From assembly GCA_973895155.1 (NCBI GenBank), contig OZ316898.1:1401927-1465926 (forward strand): a DNA stretch of 64,000 nucleotides. The letters run 5' to 3'. Below, in pieces: positions 40,809-52,022 of this stretch (within the stretch, counting starts at the first letter, position 1; each line of letters begins with the position of its first letter). The notes under the pieces were generated by a model, which did not search any database, was not told the DNA's origin, and saw nothing but the letters and a program-made list of their open reading frames with translations. The stretch comes from Marsupella aquatica. Taxonomy: Eukaryota; Plantae; Marchantiophyta. The translations under genes and the position numbers were made by a program.

Positions 40809-42450
40809 ATGAGGACTTCAGACAGCCATGTTGCTCCAACATATAAGAGCGTAAACGACGACTGTGTTCTCCCACAATCTCACAACTCTTCGAAGGCATT
40901 GGCAATCTCACTTGAAATTTTTTATGATTATCAGTCTGAGTTTCCAAGTGCTGAAGTGAATTTGCCAAGGCCCGATCAATTGCAGCAAGCTAACATGGCT
41001 AATTCAGGAAGTGCAGGATTTGTTAGGGGCAGAGGAAGTTTCAATCCTCCACGACCTGTACCAAGCGGAGGGAAGGAGACAGCTGACAAGTTCCGTTTGA
41101 AAGATCAAGACTATGAGTTGATTGTTAGCTATTTGGAAGTGCCAGAAAATTTCAACGCCATTCATGGTGCAGGGAAGAAGACGAGGGTGGGTGGCAAGTA
41201 CCAGAGCAAAGCTACTGTCTTCCGCCAGATGTTGGCTGCACTGCAGCACCATGGATTTCCCAAAGAAATCAGCGCCCCAAATTTGACTAAACGATTTCAG
41301 CGTTTTGTCAAGCGTTACAAAGATGCTAGGGATGTTAAGTACCAGTCTGGTGGAGGTCTCACCGATGACGATTTGAGAATCGGTTTGACATTGGAGGACA
41401 AGCTGAATCGGCTATGCCCATACTTTGAACGAATGCATACGATCTACGGAGAGAGACCCAATGTTGCCCCAAAAGTCCTTGGAGATGTTGGAGTCGAAGA
41501 TAGTGACCTTGTCATGCTTGAAGAGTCGGGAGACACCGAGCAATACTTGCAGTTTGGTGAGGAAAACCACTATCCGAATGTCATCCCACAACATTCCCCA
41601 ACTATTATCCTCGAAGGTATTTAACTCGATCTTTAGCTTGAACCTGTCATGTTGGGTGCAAGGCTATGATGTCATAAGCTTTGTTTGCAACGAGTAGAGA
41701 CGAATAGTAACCAGATTATTCTCTGATTTTGTTCATGCAGATACACCAGCGCACTCCGAAGCTGAATCTCTCCATACGACTCCCCTGGAGGCACCCACGC
41801 CCGACACCCTGAACAAGCCACCGTCCACAGACAACTTTTGGCAACAAATGGAGAACATTGCTGCGCATAACATCCACATCCTTTCTGATTCATGTCAGTG
41901 TCACCAGTGCAAGACCTACGTGAGGCCTGAGACTGGAGATAGTCGACACCTCCCCACTGGTAGTGCAACTGGAGCCTACACCCCCTTGCAGCCTCGCAAG
42001 GACAATGTGCAACCCACCCCACCGAGACCACCACCACCTAGGGCGTCAAAATCAGGATCGCAAGCAGCAAAAGATGGGCAGCAAAATAGGAAGCCATCTT
42101 TCTCAGCTATTTATGCTGACAGGATAAATCAGAAAGCTGATTATCGAAAGGAGCTAATTCAGTCAAGGGACAAGTGGAAAATGCACGGCCTTGAAGAGCG
42201 TCGTGCTGCTAGATTGGAGGCTCGTCAGGAAGCTCTGGTGAAGCACCGCCTGGACCGAAAGCATCAACTTGCTTTAGAGGAACTTGCTCATCAGAATTCG
42301 CTCAAGAAAGTGAAAGCTGAGCAAGAGCATGCAAAGGAGATGCTAAGAGCTACTCAGCGATAGGCTTTGCTCACTACTCTTATTGGCAGCTCCAAGACCC
42401 CAGAGGAGCTCAAGACATTGCTGCCCATTGTTGACGTAGAGTACAAGTAG
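40809..42450 (+). CDS. Harbinger accessory (Myb/SANT-like DNA-binding) ORF, two exons, probable premature stop at 42361
   Basis: ORF 40791..41624 (LKDQDYELIVSYLEVPENFNAIHGAGKKT...KLNRLCPYFERMHTIYGERPNV) splices via GT 41617 / AG 41740 in frame to ORF 41848..42363 (coiled-coil). The frame continues past TAG 42361 to a second stop near 42450. The start could be ATG 40809 or 40995. Confidence 0.75.
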
Positions 42451-43114
42451 TAGATTTCAGATAGCAAAGATTTGTTCTGAGATTGTTACCTATCTGGTTC
42501 CTATCAATATGTAACATTGGCCATTACTGAAATACAAGTAAATTATGTCGAACTCAGAGTCAATCAAACTTCCACATTTAATCCTACTTATTGTATGCTG
42601 CAAGAACTCTTTCACACATTTCAGTGTATAGAATTACATGGCGTTTATGAACTTTCCTTAAGTCCACAAGTTGATGAACACATTTGAAGTCCACCGAAAT
42701 AAATTTAGATCCAAAATCCGGGCCAAAATCACTACAGACTCAAATGGCGCCTTCGCACTTCTACTTGCAACAATGCAGTTGAACACTCTATGCCTAAAGC
42801 CGTATGACGTACTGCAAATCCTCAAATTCAGTTTATTGCTCTTTGGCTCCGAGTTCACGTTGGTGCTAGAACAAAGTTGAACCCTACCATGTTGTACTGA
42901 GGGTTGTAGCAATCGACAATTACCAAACGACAACAAAGTCTTTGGAAACCAACACTCAAAAAATGTGAGTGCTTCAAATTAATGATTAATGTTTATGGGT
43001 CTCCCCAATTACAAATAGAACAGTCATCAAAGATGACGTTTTGACTGTACCTTGTCATTGGCTATGCACTAAACTAACCATATGAAGCGTGACTACTTCC
43101 ATGCTATGGTGGAC

Positions 43115-44601
43115 TTAGCTTGTACGCACATTCAAACAACCACCCGGTTGCTTATGAAATCTCATGGCATATTCCATGACATGGTTTTGCAACATCAACC
43201 AAGATGCTTGACGATTCCTTCTTGGATTTGTTGGCAAGTTACGATGCTCCTCCTGTTCCGCATCACTGTCTGAGTCATGGTCCAGAAGGATTTCTGAATC
43301 CTCTTCAGTCCACAAGTCATTACGTCCAATGACGTAATTGTGCAATCTTGCACACATGATAATCCATCTAATTATCCACTCAATCTCCTTCTTAGACCTC
43401 AATTGGGTACGCATCTCTCTCAGGGAATGCCACCTTGACTTCAAAACACCAATGCAATGCTCATTAGTTACCCTACACTTTGCGATACACATGTTGAAGT
43501 CCTCCCGCTCCTGGCTTGTGTCAGCCCTCTTGTATGCAGACACCATGTGATCCATGGGCTCATATCCACTGTCACCCAACAAATACTGCCCACGACTAAA
43601 CAAATGGCCGTCATTTTGGTTTCGGCATAGTGATGATCTCTTGTAACAGGTGAGATCAGAGACAGACCCTGGCAATCCTGGAAAACACCAAACCAAAAGT
43701 CTGTGAATATAATAATTGGAATATGTAGGATCAAAGATATAAATAGATATAACAGTGCCATTCAAGAAAAATGGATTTATGGAGTCAGTTCATACCAGTG
43801 AATAAGTACAGGATTTTTCGCTTGTAGTCACACACGACCTGGGCATTGATTGAATATCTACACTTTCTATCAAAATAACACTCCCCAGATTGTGCTGGGC
43901 GCTGAGAGAGAGGAATCAAAGTGCCATCAATAAGCCCTACACATCCTGGAAAACCTTTCTTGGAAAACTCATGAGCAATTACTCTGCGCTCAGCCATTTC
44001 TGGCCATTTCAAGTAACCCTTCAATGCATCCTCCAGGGCTCGAATTGCATAGTGAGCCATTAGTTACGCCCCAGGTTGGAATTAAACGATTCAGGCAGGA
44101 TCCATTGCCTTCGTGGCCCAAACGATCCAAGGTAACAGCAAGTTGGCACTCTATAGGAGCCTGTTCGTTCTGTGAGTTGCTATAGAAAACAGGGTGTTGG
44201 TCAATTTGGTGAACCAATGCAAAGAAAGAAGCTTTGTCCATCCGAGTCATCTGCCGAAAAATCAGAGGAGGGAGCTTGTCAAAATACTGTAAAGCAAACT
44301 CTCTTGATTTACTTGTTATTGTCTTGTCAGCAAAAAACCTGGTGCTCTCCATCATGGCATATAACTCCATCAGCCCATGTGGAGCACCCTCCAATTCAAG
44401 TATGTCAGTCTCATCTTCTGAATCGTCTGATGAGTACAAATCATCCTCCGAATCAGAATTACACAGTGTCAGGTCGTCCAACGACTCCACTTCGCTACCT
44501 GATGTGTCAAGGCCATCATCCAAACTTTCTAGAAGGATGTTCAACACCAGCTTATCCCGCACAACCTGCAATTCCTTTTGACGGTATGATAGTCGAGGCA
44601 T
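43115..44601 (-). pseudogene. Harbinger/HARBI1-type DDE transposase, frameshifted
   Basis: Acidic N-terminus, then FRQMTRMDKASF...QLAVTLDRLGHEGNG, a frameshift near 44050, then GFPGCVGLIDGTLIP, YSINAQVVCD, an intron (43795-43678), LPGSVSD, YLLGDSGY, RVTNEHCIGVLKSRWHSL and CARLHN. The D-D-E triad is present. Confidence 0.9.
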
Positions 44602-44918
44602 GTCGTCCCTGCACTGAGTTATTGGAATGACAGGTTCTGTGATGAACACTAGAGAAAGGTCAGATGATGTTAGAGGAATTCATAACAATGCTACAAAATT
44701 GAACTTCCCATGATAATTGAAATTCAAAAGCCTTTTGAAGCAAATACGTTCACATGGGAGGAAGTCGTCACAAACTTTATACAACTTTGTTGTTGCCAAT
44801 TAAAAAAAACCTGGCAACAACTATTTATTACATAAGACATCATTGACGAGATTGCCTGTGGTATGGACACTTGGTTTAGCCACGCACAAGTATAAAAAAT
44901 GAACACATACAAGTTCGC

Positions 44919-45653
44919 CTACTCATCCAGATCAGAGTACTTTAAAGCCCTAACCAGGTCCTCTATAGCTTCCTTCACAGGTTTTCCAACTTTTTTCTTG
45001 GACTGGTTTGATGTGCTGCCATGGCTTTTTCCTGGTGAATGGGGAGTCAGCCGTTCACTGTGCTTCAAACTACACTGTGGAGACCTGAAGCATGTTTCAA
45101 GGGCAGGGGGAATATGCACTGAAGGACGTTCATCAAAGAATGTAAAATGCTGAACTTTGATTTGAAATTCTGAAACAGAAAGCCAAATCTTCACTCTTGG
45201 TGAATCCTGGGTAATGGAATGCAAGTACTCGGTTTGAGCTTGCTCATTGCATGCAAAGAAATCATTTGCAGTGCAGTCTAGGAGAATCTCTCCAGCAGCC
45301 CAAAGTTGGGCAGTGATGGGTCGTGCCTCCCCATGGATTGCATCAACAAGTCGAATGCCAAATCTGAAGGCATACGTCCCTGGGAGGTTGTGATCACACT
45401 TAGGTCCAAATTTAAGAGATTTGGCACACAAGCGTCCAGTTTCGAATCTATGAGGGCATGCAGAGTACAGAAATCTTCGAGGATATGGATTAGGAGCTAC
45501 ATAGTTCACAATCCAAGCTAGAGAAGGAGCAAATACAACACTTGCTCCAGCAGCCCTTCTTTCCTCCACAATGCCAAGTGAGGTCCATGAAACTATTTTC
45601 AACTTCTGCAATCCATTGCCAGAGTACTCAGTTGACGGAGTCGCAACAATCAC
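44919..45653 (-). CDS. Third ORF inside the Harbinger element: RPA1 C-terminal (DBD-C)-like zinc-binding OB-fold protein
   Basis: 244-aa open frame containing FLYSACP...LCAKSL...KCDH...YAFRFGIRLVD...AQLWAAGEILLDCTANDF. This follows the Rep_fac-A_C pattern (YxACP-C-K..C..YR....l.D....F...gE.llG.sA). Recognised by eye; the start codon is unclear (GTG). Confidence 0.6.
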   Translation of the reverse strand: MIVATPSTEYSGNGLQKLKIVSWTSLGIVEERRAAGASVVFAPSLAWIVNYVAPNPYPRRFLYSACPHRFETGRLCAKSLKFGPKCDHNLPGTYAFRFGIRLVDAIHGEARPITAQLWAAGEILLDCTANDFFACNEQAQTEYLHSITQDSPRVKIWLSVSEFQIKVQHFTFFDERPSVHIPPALETCFRSPQCSLKHSERLTPHSPGKSHGSTSNQSKKKVGKPVKEAIEDLVRALKYSDLDE

Positions 45654-48600
45654 ATATTCATTGCACGGTACAACAATTGCAGATGAGAGACCTTCAGATG
45701 TGTCACTTCACCTTGGAAATCTTGAGAGCTGGCTTGTCAGCCGCCGTCGGTGGAGCTCGACCTTGGCTACGCTCAATCTTGGCTACGGTCGATAAATCAA
45801 AATCTTGGAGTCGCCCGATGTTGGCTATGCTCGATCGAAATTCTTGGCTATGCTCGATCAAAAATCATGAGATCGCCCTCTTGGTCATCAAGAAACCGCT
45901 GCACAATGCTCTGGCGAAATGTTACAGCAACTTTCACGACATCGCCCTCTCGGACATCGACAGTCACTCACAATGCAGTTGGGAAGAATGCAGATACACC
46001 TAAGAAGTAAGAGTGCGCATTGGCACCACACTCAAAAGTCACGTACGTACGTCCAAAATGGTGCACAGTGTTCGCGCCAGTGAGGGCATGCCCGTTACCT
46101 ACAGCACACGGGGTATGGGCAGTGGTCACGGCGTCAAATTACGGGAGCCTGTTTTGGGCTCCCGTAAGGGTTACGGGAATGTCCGTAACTTTTTAGTTAC
46201 GGAAGTGTGTTAACGGGCCAAACCTCAGCTCTGAGACGCCCTAGTAGAGACTTAATGCACATCCTGGATAAGGTTTATGTCTTGGCATGAGCTACAGTAG
46301 TTCCAGATGTCTTGTTGGAACATTTCTTCAAGTTTAATTGAATTTTTTTGGCACATGCAACCCCTTGACACTAGGCAAATGAAAAGGTCGTAACTTATCC
46401 TATTTATTCAAAGTGTCTATAATGTTACACCTTTGAATTATCCTGACAACTGCTGATGGTAATCTAACATCAACTATTTTGGATAGGGTTAATGTTTGGG
46501 CATAAAGTAGTTGAAATATCTTGCCGGAACCTTACTTCTAGTCCAAGTTAGAATGTTTCAGGCACATAGCACATCACCTTCACAAGGTTCCAGCAAAATG
46601 GCCTCGATCCTAACTTATTTTGTTTTTATTGAAAACATGCTTTGCTGACAAGTGAAAGGCTATAACAGAAATGAACCGGAACTACAGATGGTCCGTTACG
46701 GCTGAGGGGCCCTCCTACTTCAAGACTCATCCTGAGAGAGGAGAGGGTGGGGCAATCTATCTTAAATCTAAAACGCTATTGTACTATGAAACCCACTCAT
46801 ACCTGGCCATTTGTGAGGTACATTGCTCTGCTAACGTTAAGTTTAATTTTGGGATTCTGATTGTTATTTTGTCTGCTAGTGTTCAATATTCCTTTCCTAG
46901 TGCTTTCCTTTTGATCACCCTGTCGGGCTCCCTTCTTCTTCGTAGCTTCATATAGATATACCTCACTTGTCCCTTCCATATAAGCCTTTGTTTACTGTCT
47001 CCATCACATATTCTTTCTTGACTATGCAACCTCCATCCTTAGTTATCATCAAAGTTCACCAATTGGCTTGCAACTTCAACCTCCACGACAGAGAGAAGAG
47101 ATATAATTGCAAAGAGTCCAACAGACAATGGGCAACAGCATTCAAGAGCCATGGCAACTTCTGGTTTTGCACAAGAAAAATAATTACTAGAGTCTCAGAT
47201 CCGAATGACCAAATTTAAGACAGCTTTTATAGGACAAAGATGTTGATGCGGATGTCAAGAATAAACAAAGCATCTTCATGTGAAAACTGATTATCAATGT
47301 ATATACATTCTTAAGGAAAAAGTCTGGAGTTAACTTTTCTGGCCTTGTGCGATAAATTGGATTGTGCACACCATAAACCCTTCATGACAACTTGGTTCAA
47401 AGCACAACAAAATGAAAAAAAATAATGTTTCATGCTGATGTTTTGCAAAGATGAAAGCCGTTACAGTATTTAAAAAGGAAATATCTTCCTTGTTAATTAA
47501 AATAGGGAGGTGTGCATTGTAGTCTTGGGCACCATTAGGAAAGTGCCCCTCTTATCCACTGACATGCAGATTGAAGTGAGAGATTTGGTGTGATCAGCTT
47601 TGCTTGAGCCACTTGGCTGATCCAAACATGGATGGAACAGGAAGGGGTGCCTTGCCTCAAGACAAGAGGACAAACAGTCATGTAAAGAGTACATCATTCT
47701 TGTGTGGCACTACAGTGTAGTTGAGGGCTTATCCACAATGCCTTCAGATGCTGAGAAAATGGAGGGCTTATCCACTAGGCCTTCAGATGATGAGAAAAGG
47801 GATGAAAACAAGGTGAGATATAGATGGTATTGTCATTTAATGAAACATCACACCTGTTACTCCAGAGAGCTCCCATAAGGTAGCCCCTCAAGCAACCTAC
47901 CAACATTGGACGTGTCTGAACTGAGAGGGCAATTGATCAACAATAGCAGCATGAGTGATGTTGAATGACCATGCCATGCGATAAGAGTGTCAGAAGGCTG
48001 AAGAGCTGCTTTGCCAACATCTACAGTAGCTCACCAAAGAGGAGCAGCCACAAAGCAGGAATAAAAAAGATGGAGGTTGGTTGCATATCTGTATCAAGAG
48101 CAGGCCCTACACCAAGTACAAACATTGTTGGCAGGGCAGGAATTTGTGGCATTACATTGAAAAGGGAATCTGCCAAAGAAGACTGCATTCCATGTCAAAC
48201 ACAGTTTTATACAACTAGCCTGAGTGCATCTCCTTGGGAATGTAAATACAGGTGAGTATAGTCAAGCTCACTATGCCGTTTTCATAGACCACATTGCCCC
48301 CAATCCCAGTATTCCACTTGCACCCCCAACTTCAGTTATGTCCCAAGTAGCAGTCAAGAGGTTTACTCTAGACCACAGGTTTTGAAGGGTACCTTTCAAT
48401 CACAAATGAGTGGTTAGATTTAGAGTTTGGGACAAAGAAAACACAGAAGGCCTCCGATGTCAACCAATGCCAAAACTTATAGAGATTACAGAAATGCCCA
48501 TGCAAACTTTTCTTTTTCACACCATGATGGAGGGTTTGAAAAGGAGTCTTTTCTAGTGTCCCATTCAGTTACAGCGCAGGATACAAACACGTCAAACTTT

Positions 48601-50444
48601 CAGTGTTCACATGGGCTCAGCTGCCAGCATAATGATTTCCTTCGCTACCAAGTTTGGCCTTAATAAAATAACGTAAAGTTTGCTCAATTGAGATGCTGCT
48701 TCGACCTGAAACTTCGCAAAAGATGACATCTGGGTATAGTCTTCCAGCTCGCCAACTTCAGCAGCAGGCACATGGCAGTTCAGCAGGACGCTAGAGTGGT
48801 CTTGTTGCTTTATTAAATCATTCATTCCCAATTAAGGCTTGCCAGGTCTATATATTTTGGGATTTTATATTGTCAAATTAATTTTGCGTTGATGAGACAA
48901 AGAAACTCTCTGCATAGTTGCATGCAGAGTATCGCCATTCTTGGCAAAATTGGCCAAGATTTATTGTCTCGGATTACCAAGTTTCCCACTAGCACTAGAC
49001 CCCATTTGCCAGAATCTGATTATACTTAAATCTAAAATGATTGAACTGTCATAAGTTAATCTAGGAAAATTAGATAAAGTCTATTCTCAACATCTTATCA
49101 TTCACAAGTGCCCTTGGCCAAGACAAGCCTTAAAATTTACGCTGTTTGCCAAGTCTAGGTTTTTTGTTGTCAAATTAATTTTGCCTTGACGAGACAAAAG
49201 AAAAGAAAAGAAAAAACCATCCCGTAATCTGCCTTTACAGCCTTGCATAGTTGCATGCCTTCCTGAATGACACGCTTGCGTCTAATAAGCGCCTCTGTTC
49301 AGCACTTCGGTTGTCAGTATGGTGAGCATGGCCCAAGTCCTGTGCGTCTTGTTCATTTACCTCACCTGTTTGAGCCCGTCAACGGTGGTGGCCGTTGGAC
49401 GGCGGTTTGGAGGTTGGGATGTTGGGATGTTGGGACCAAAAGGGAGGTGACCGAACTTTGTATCAATCTGTATTTAAAAAGAAATATTATTTTGAAGGAA
49501 TAAATAAACAGACAGGTGCTGCAGGCCTCCCTCCGTCAGTCAGTTTTGACACGATGACCACAATTTATCTGCTGAGATTCAGAGTTGTTTTTGAGGTGGG
49601 GGAAGCAGAAGAAAGGGAAACCCCGCCCTAGCAATATTTACGCACCCAACTGCCAGCATGGCTCGGGACAGGGAAGGTCCTTCAAAGTCTTGCCTTATCT
49701 TAAATATATCACACTGCAAACAAAAGGAGCTCATCTGGAGACACTTATCACTGTAGAGACCATCACATTCGTTCAACTATTAAAATGCACTATTATAAGT
49801 GGTTTGATATATGGTCCTAATATCTCAATTTAAATATTAAATATTATTTATGACATCAAACTGTAATTTAAAATCTTATAATATTAAGTTTTCGCACATG
49901 GCGGCCATGAACCTGAGATTCTGTACCATAGTAAAGGACGCAAGATAGAGAAAAGGTTTTTCTTGTTGTCTTCCAACTACAAGGTGCAACCGGCGTTCCT
50001 GTCTTGTTGACATGTGTTATATATATTCCACTGGCAAGAGCACAACGTTTGTTTACTCTAATGTGCAAATTCAGGCAATTTTCTTGGAACATTAGATTAG
50101 GTTGAATAAATAAATAAGCAAGCGAGCAAGAGGAATAAGAAGGCGGGCCAGGTCCCATGTGCAAGGGCACCTCTCCACCCCAAACCCACCTGCTTGCCCA
50201 CGTGGGCCGTGAGAAGAACTCACTACTGTACACATCCATGCCTCTTATTTTGACAACGAAGCCTCCCTCCTCAAATGCACACTACTGTACTACCGGTAGT
50301 GCGTGTCACAGGATTGATGCCTCTAGATATGTATTATAAGAAATAATATGAGCAATATAATATATATTTCCACAGTTGAGTTGAAGCTGACCTGCTAGCT
50401 TGCAACAAAAGACAATGTTAAGTGTTACTAGCCTGATCCGTTCC

Positions 50445-50506
50445 TTGACCATAACTAACGATGAAGACTTTGCAATTGACCATAACTAACGATGAAGACT
50501 TTGCAA
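50445..50506. repeat. Tandem duplication, 2 x 31 bp
   Basis: TTGACCATAACTAACGATGAAGACTTTGCAA occurs twice. Confidence 0.88.
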
Positions 50507-50829
50507 AAACAAATTCGTATTCTATCTCCAGTTTATATCTGTCCCATCCCCAATTTTTTTGCTCACCCTCACGTTGTCTTTATTTAGAGTCCAATTTTGT
50601 CCTTATTCTTGAGCCCAATTTTGTCTTTATGTGGAGTTAGAGTCTAAAGGTTTCATTCTAGACCCTAGCCCTTGAAAGTAGCTTATGTTGGCGATTTATC
50701 TTGCAAAACAAAGAATTCTATGTTATCTTCTGTTTATATTTGCCCCATCCCACTTTTTGTTCACCCTCACTTTGTCCTTATTTAGAGTCAACTTTTGTCC
50801 TTATTTTTCAGTCCAGCTTGGTCTTTATA

Positions 50830-52022
50830 TGCCTGGTTTGGACTTGCCCGGCAAATAGAGCCTTTAGAGGCCGTCAACCGGCAAGTCGGCACCCGGACCG
50901 TCCCGGTCTCCATATCCCGGCCCGGCCCGGCCCGGCCATGACCTACCAGCCCAGCCATGATCTCCCGGCCCCGGCCCGAGTTCCCCCCCTGGCCCGTCCC
51001 CCCGGTCCCAGGTCCGGCCCCATCCCCCGGTCCCGGCCCCGGCCCCGGCCTCCCCCATCTTTCACTCCCCCGGTCCCAGTCCCGGCCTCCCCTGTCTTTC
51101 ACTCCCCCAGTCCCGGCCCCGGCCCCCAGCCCCCGGTCTCCCCTATTAATAGGCCCCGGCCCGGCAGGGAGGAGGGGGAGCCCGGGAGGGGAAGGAGGCA
51201 GTTCGGGAGGAGGGGAGGGGGGGGGAGAAGGTGGGGGGGGTTCGGGAGGAGGGGAAGGGAGGGGGAGGGGGGAAGAAAGGGGGTTCGGGAGGAGGGGAGG
51301 GGAGGGGGAGGAGGCGGGAGCAAGGGAGGAGGGGGGGGAGTGGGGGGGGGGGGGGAGGGGGTTCGGGAGGAGAGGAGCGGGAGGAGAGGAGCGGGAGGAG
51401 AGGAGTGGGTGAGCTCGGGAGGGGAGGAGGTCGGGCCGGCCTGTGGGGAAAAATCAGATCAGGAAAAACACTCCAAACATACACGTGCTCAATAGTTACG
51501 TGGTTCGCCTCAAGGTTGGCTACGTCCACGGGAAGACCAAGCTTTATTAACGGTTATGTGTCTACTCAAGCATCACCATAGCTCTCATCTCTTCAAACTC
51601 TCATCTCTTGCTATATCAGTGTGTTCTCTCTTGAGAACTCTCTTGTGTGTTCTCACACCACATAGAAGTTGAAGAGATAAGGACCAACTCTTCAACTAGG
51701 GTTTACTCTAACCCTAGTTAACATACTAACCATAGTTCAACCCAAGACTGAGTTAACCTCTACACGGCCGGGAGGAGGGCCGGGCCGGGCAGGCAGGGAG
51801 GGAGGGGAGGAGGCCGGGCCGGGCCGGGTCCGGGTGAGGGGGGGGGGCGGGCCGGGTGCCGGGAGGGGAAGGGCGGCAGCGTCCGAGAGGAGGCCGGGAA
51901 GAGTTCAGGCCGGGCCGGGGAATAAGTGCAAATATGCGTCAAATAGAGGCTTTTTAGTCCGGCAAATGCCGAGTTTACGTGCCCGGCAACTCGGCAAGTT
52001 GCCCGTCAGTTCAAACCGGGTT
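50830..52022. mobile_element. GC-rich non-autonomous fold-back/TIR element
   Basis: Imperfect TIRs GCCTGGTTTGGACTTGCCCGGCAA and TTGCCCGTCAGTTCAAACCGGG. C-rich left arm and G-rich right arm. It interrupts one copy of a local duplication (50520-50700 versus 50720-50829 plus 52023-52090). The flanks are AT-rich (TTTATAT on both sides), so the exact target duplication is ambiguous. Confidence 0.7.
51442..51764. mobile_element. Solo LTR (323 bp) nested in the GC-rich element
   Basis: Starts TGT and ends ACA, with an exact 5-bp direct repeat CGGCC on both sides. Composition changes sharply against the G-rich host sequence. Confidence 0.82.

Larger units (their letters stand above)
40363..46242. 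mobile_element. PIF/Harbinger (PHIS) superfamily DNA transposon, Pangu-like, 5880 bp
   Basis: TIRs AGGGCGTCTCA (40363) and TGAGACGCCCT (ends 46242). 3-bp target duplication AGT (40360-62 and 46243-45). Repeated subterminal TTACGGG/CCCGTAA motifs at both ends. Encodes a DDE_Tnp_4-type transposase and a convergent Myb/SANT-like accessory ORF. Confidence 0.92.

Noticed and set aside
44649-44925. Spliced fusion of the OB-fold ORF to the transposase
   Set aside because: A good acceptor exists at 44649, but the nearby candidate donors give the wrong phase. Unsupported without RNA data.
47800-48400. Possible second LINE RT remnant on the plus strand
   Set aside because: Too degenerate to call by eye.
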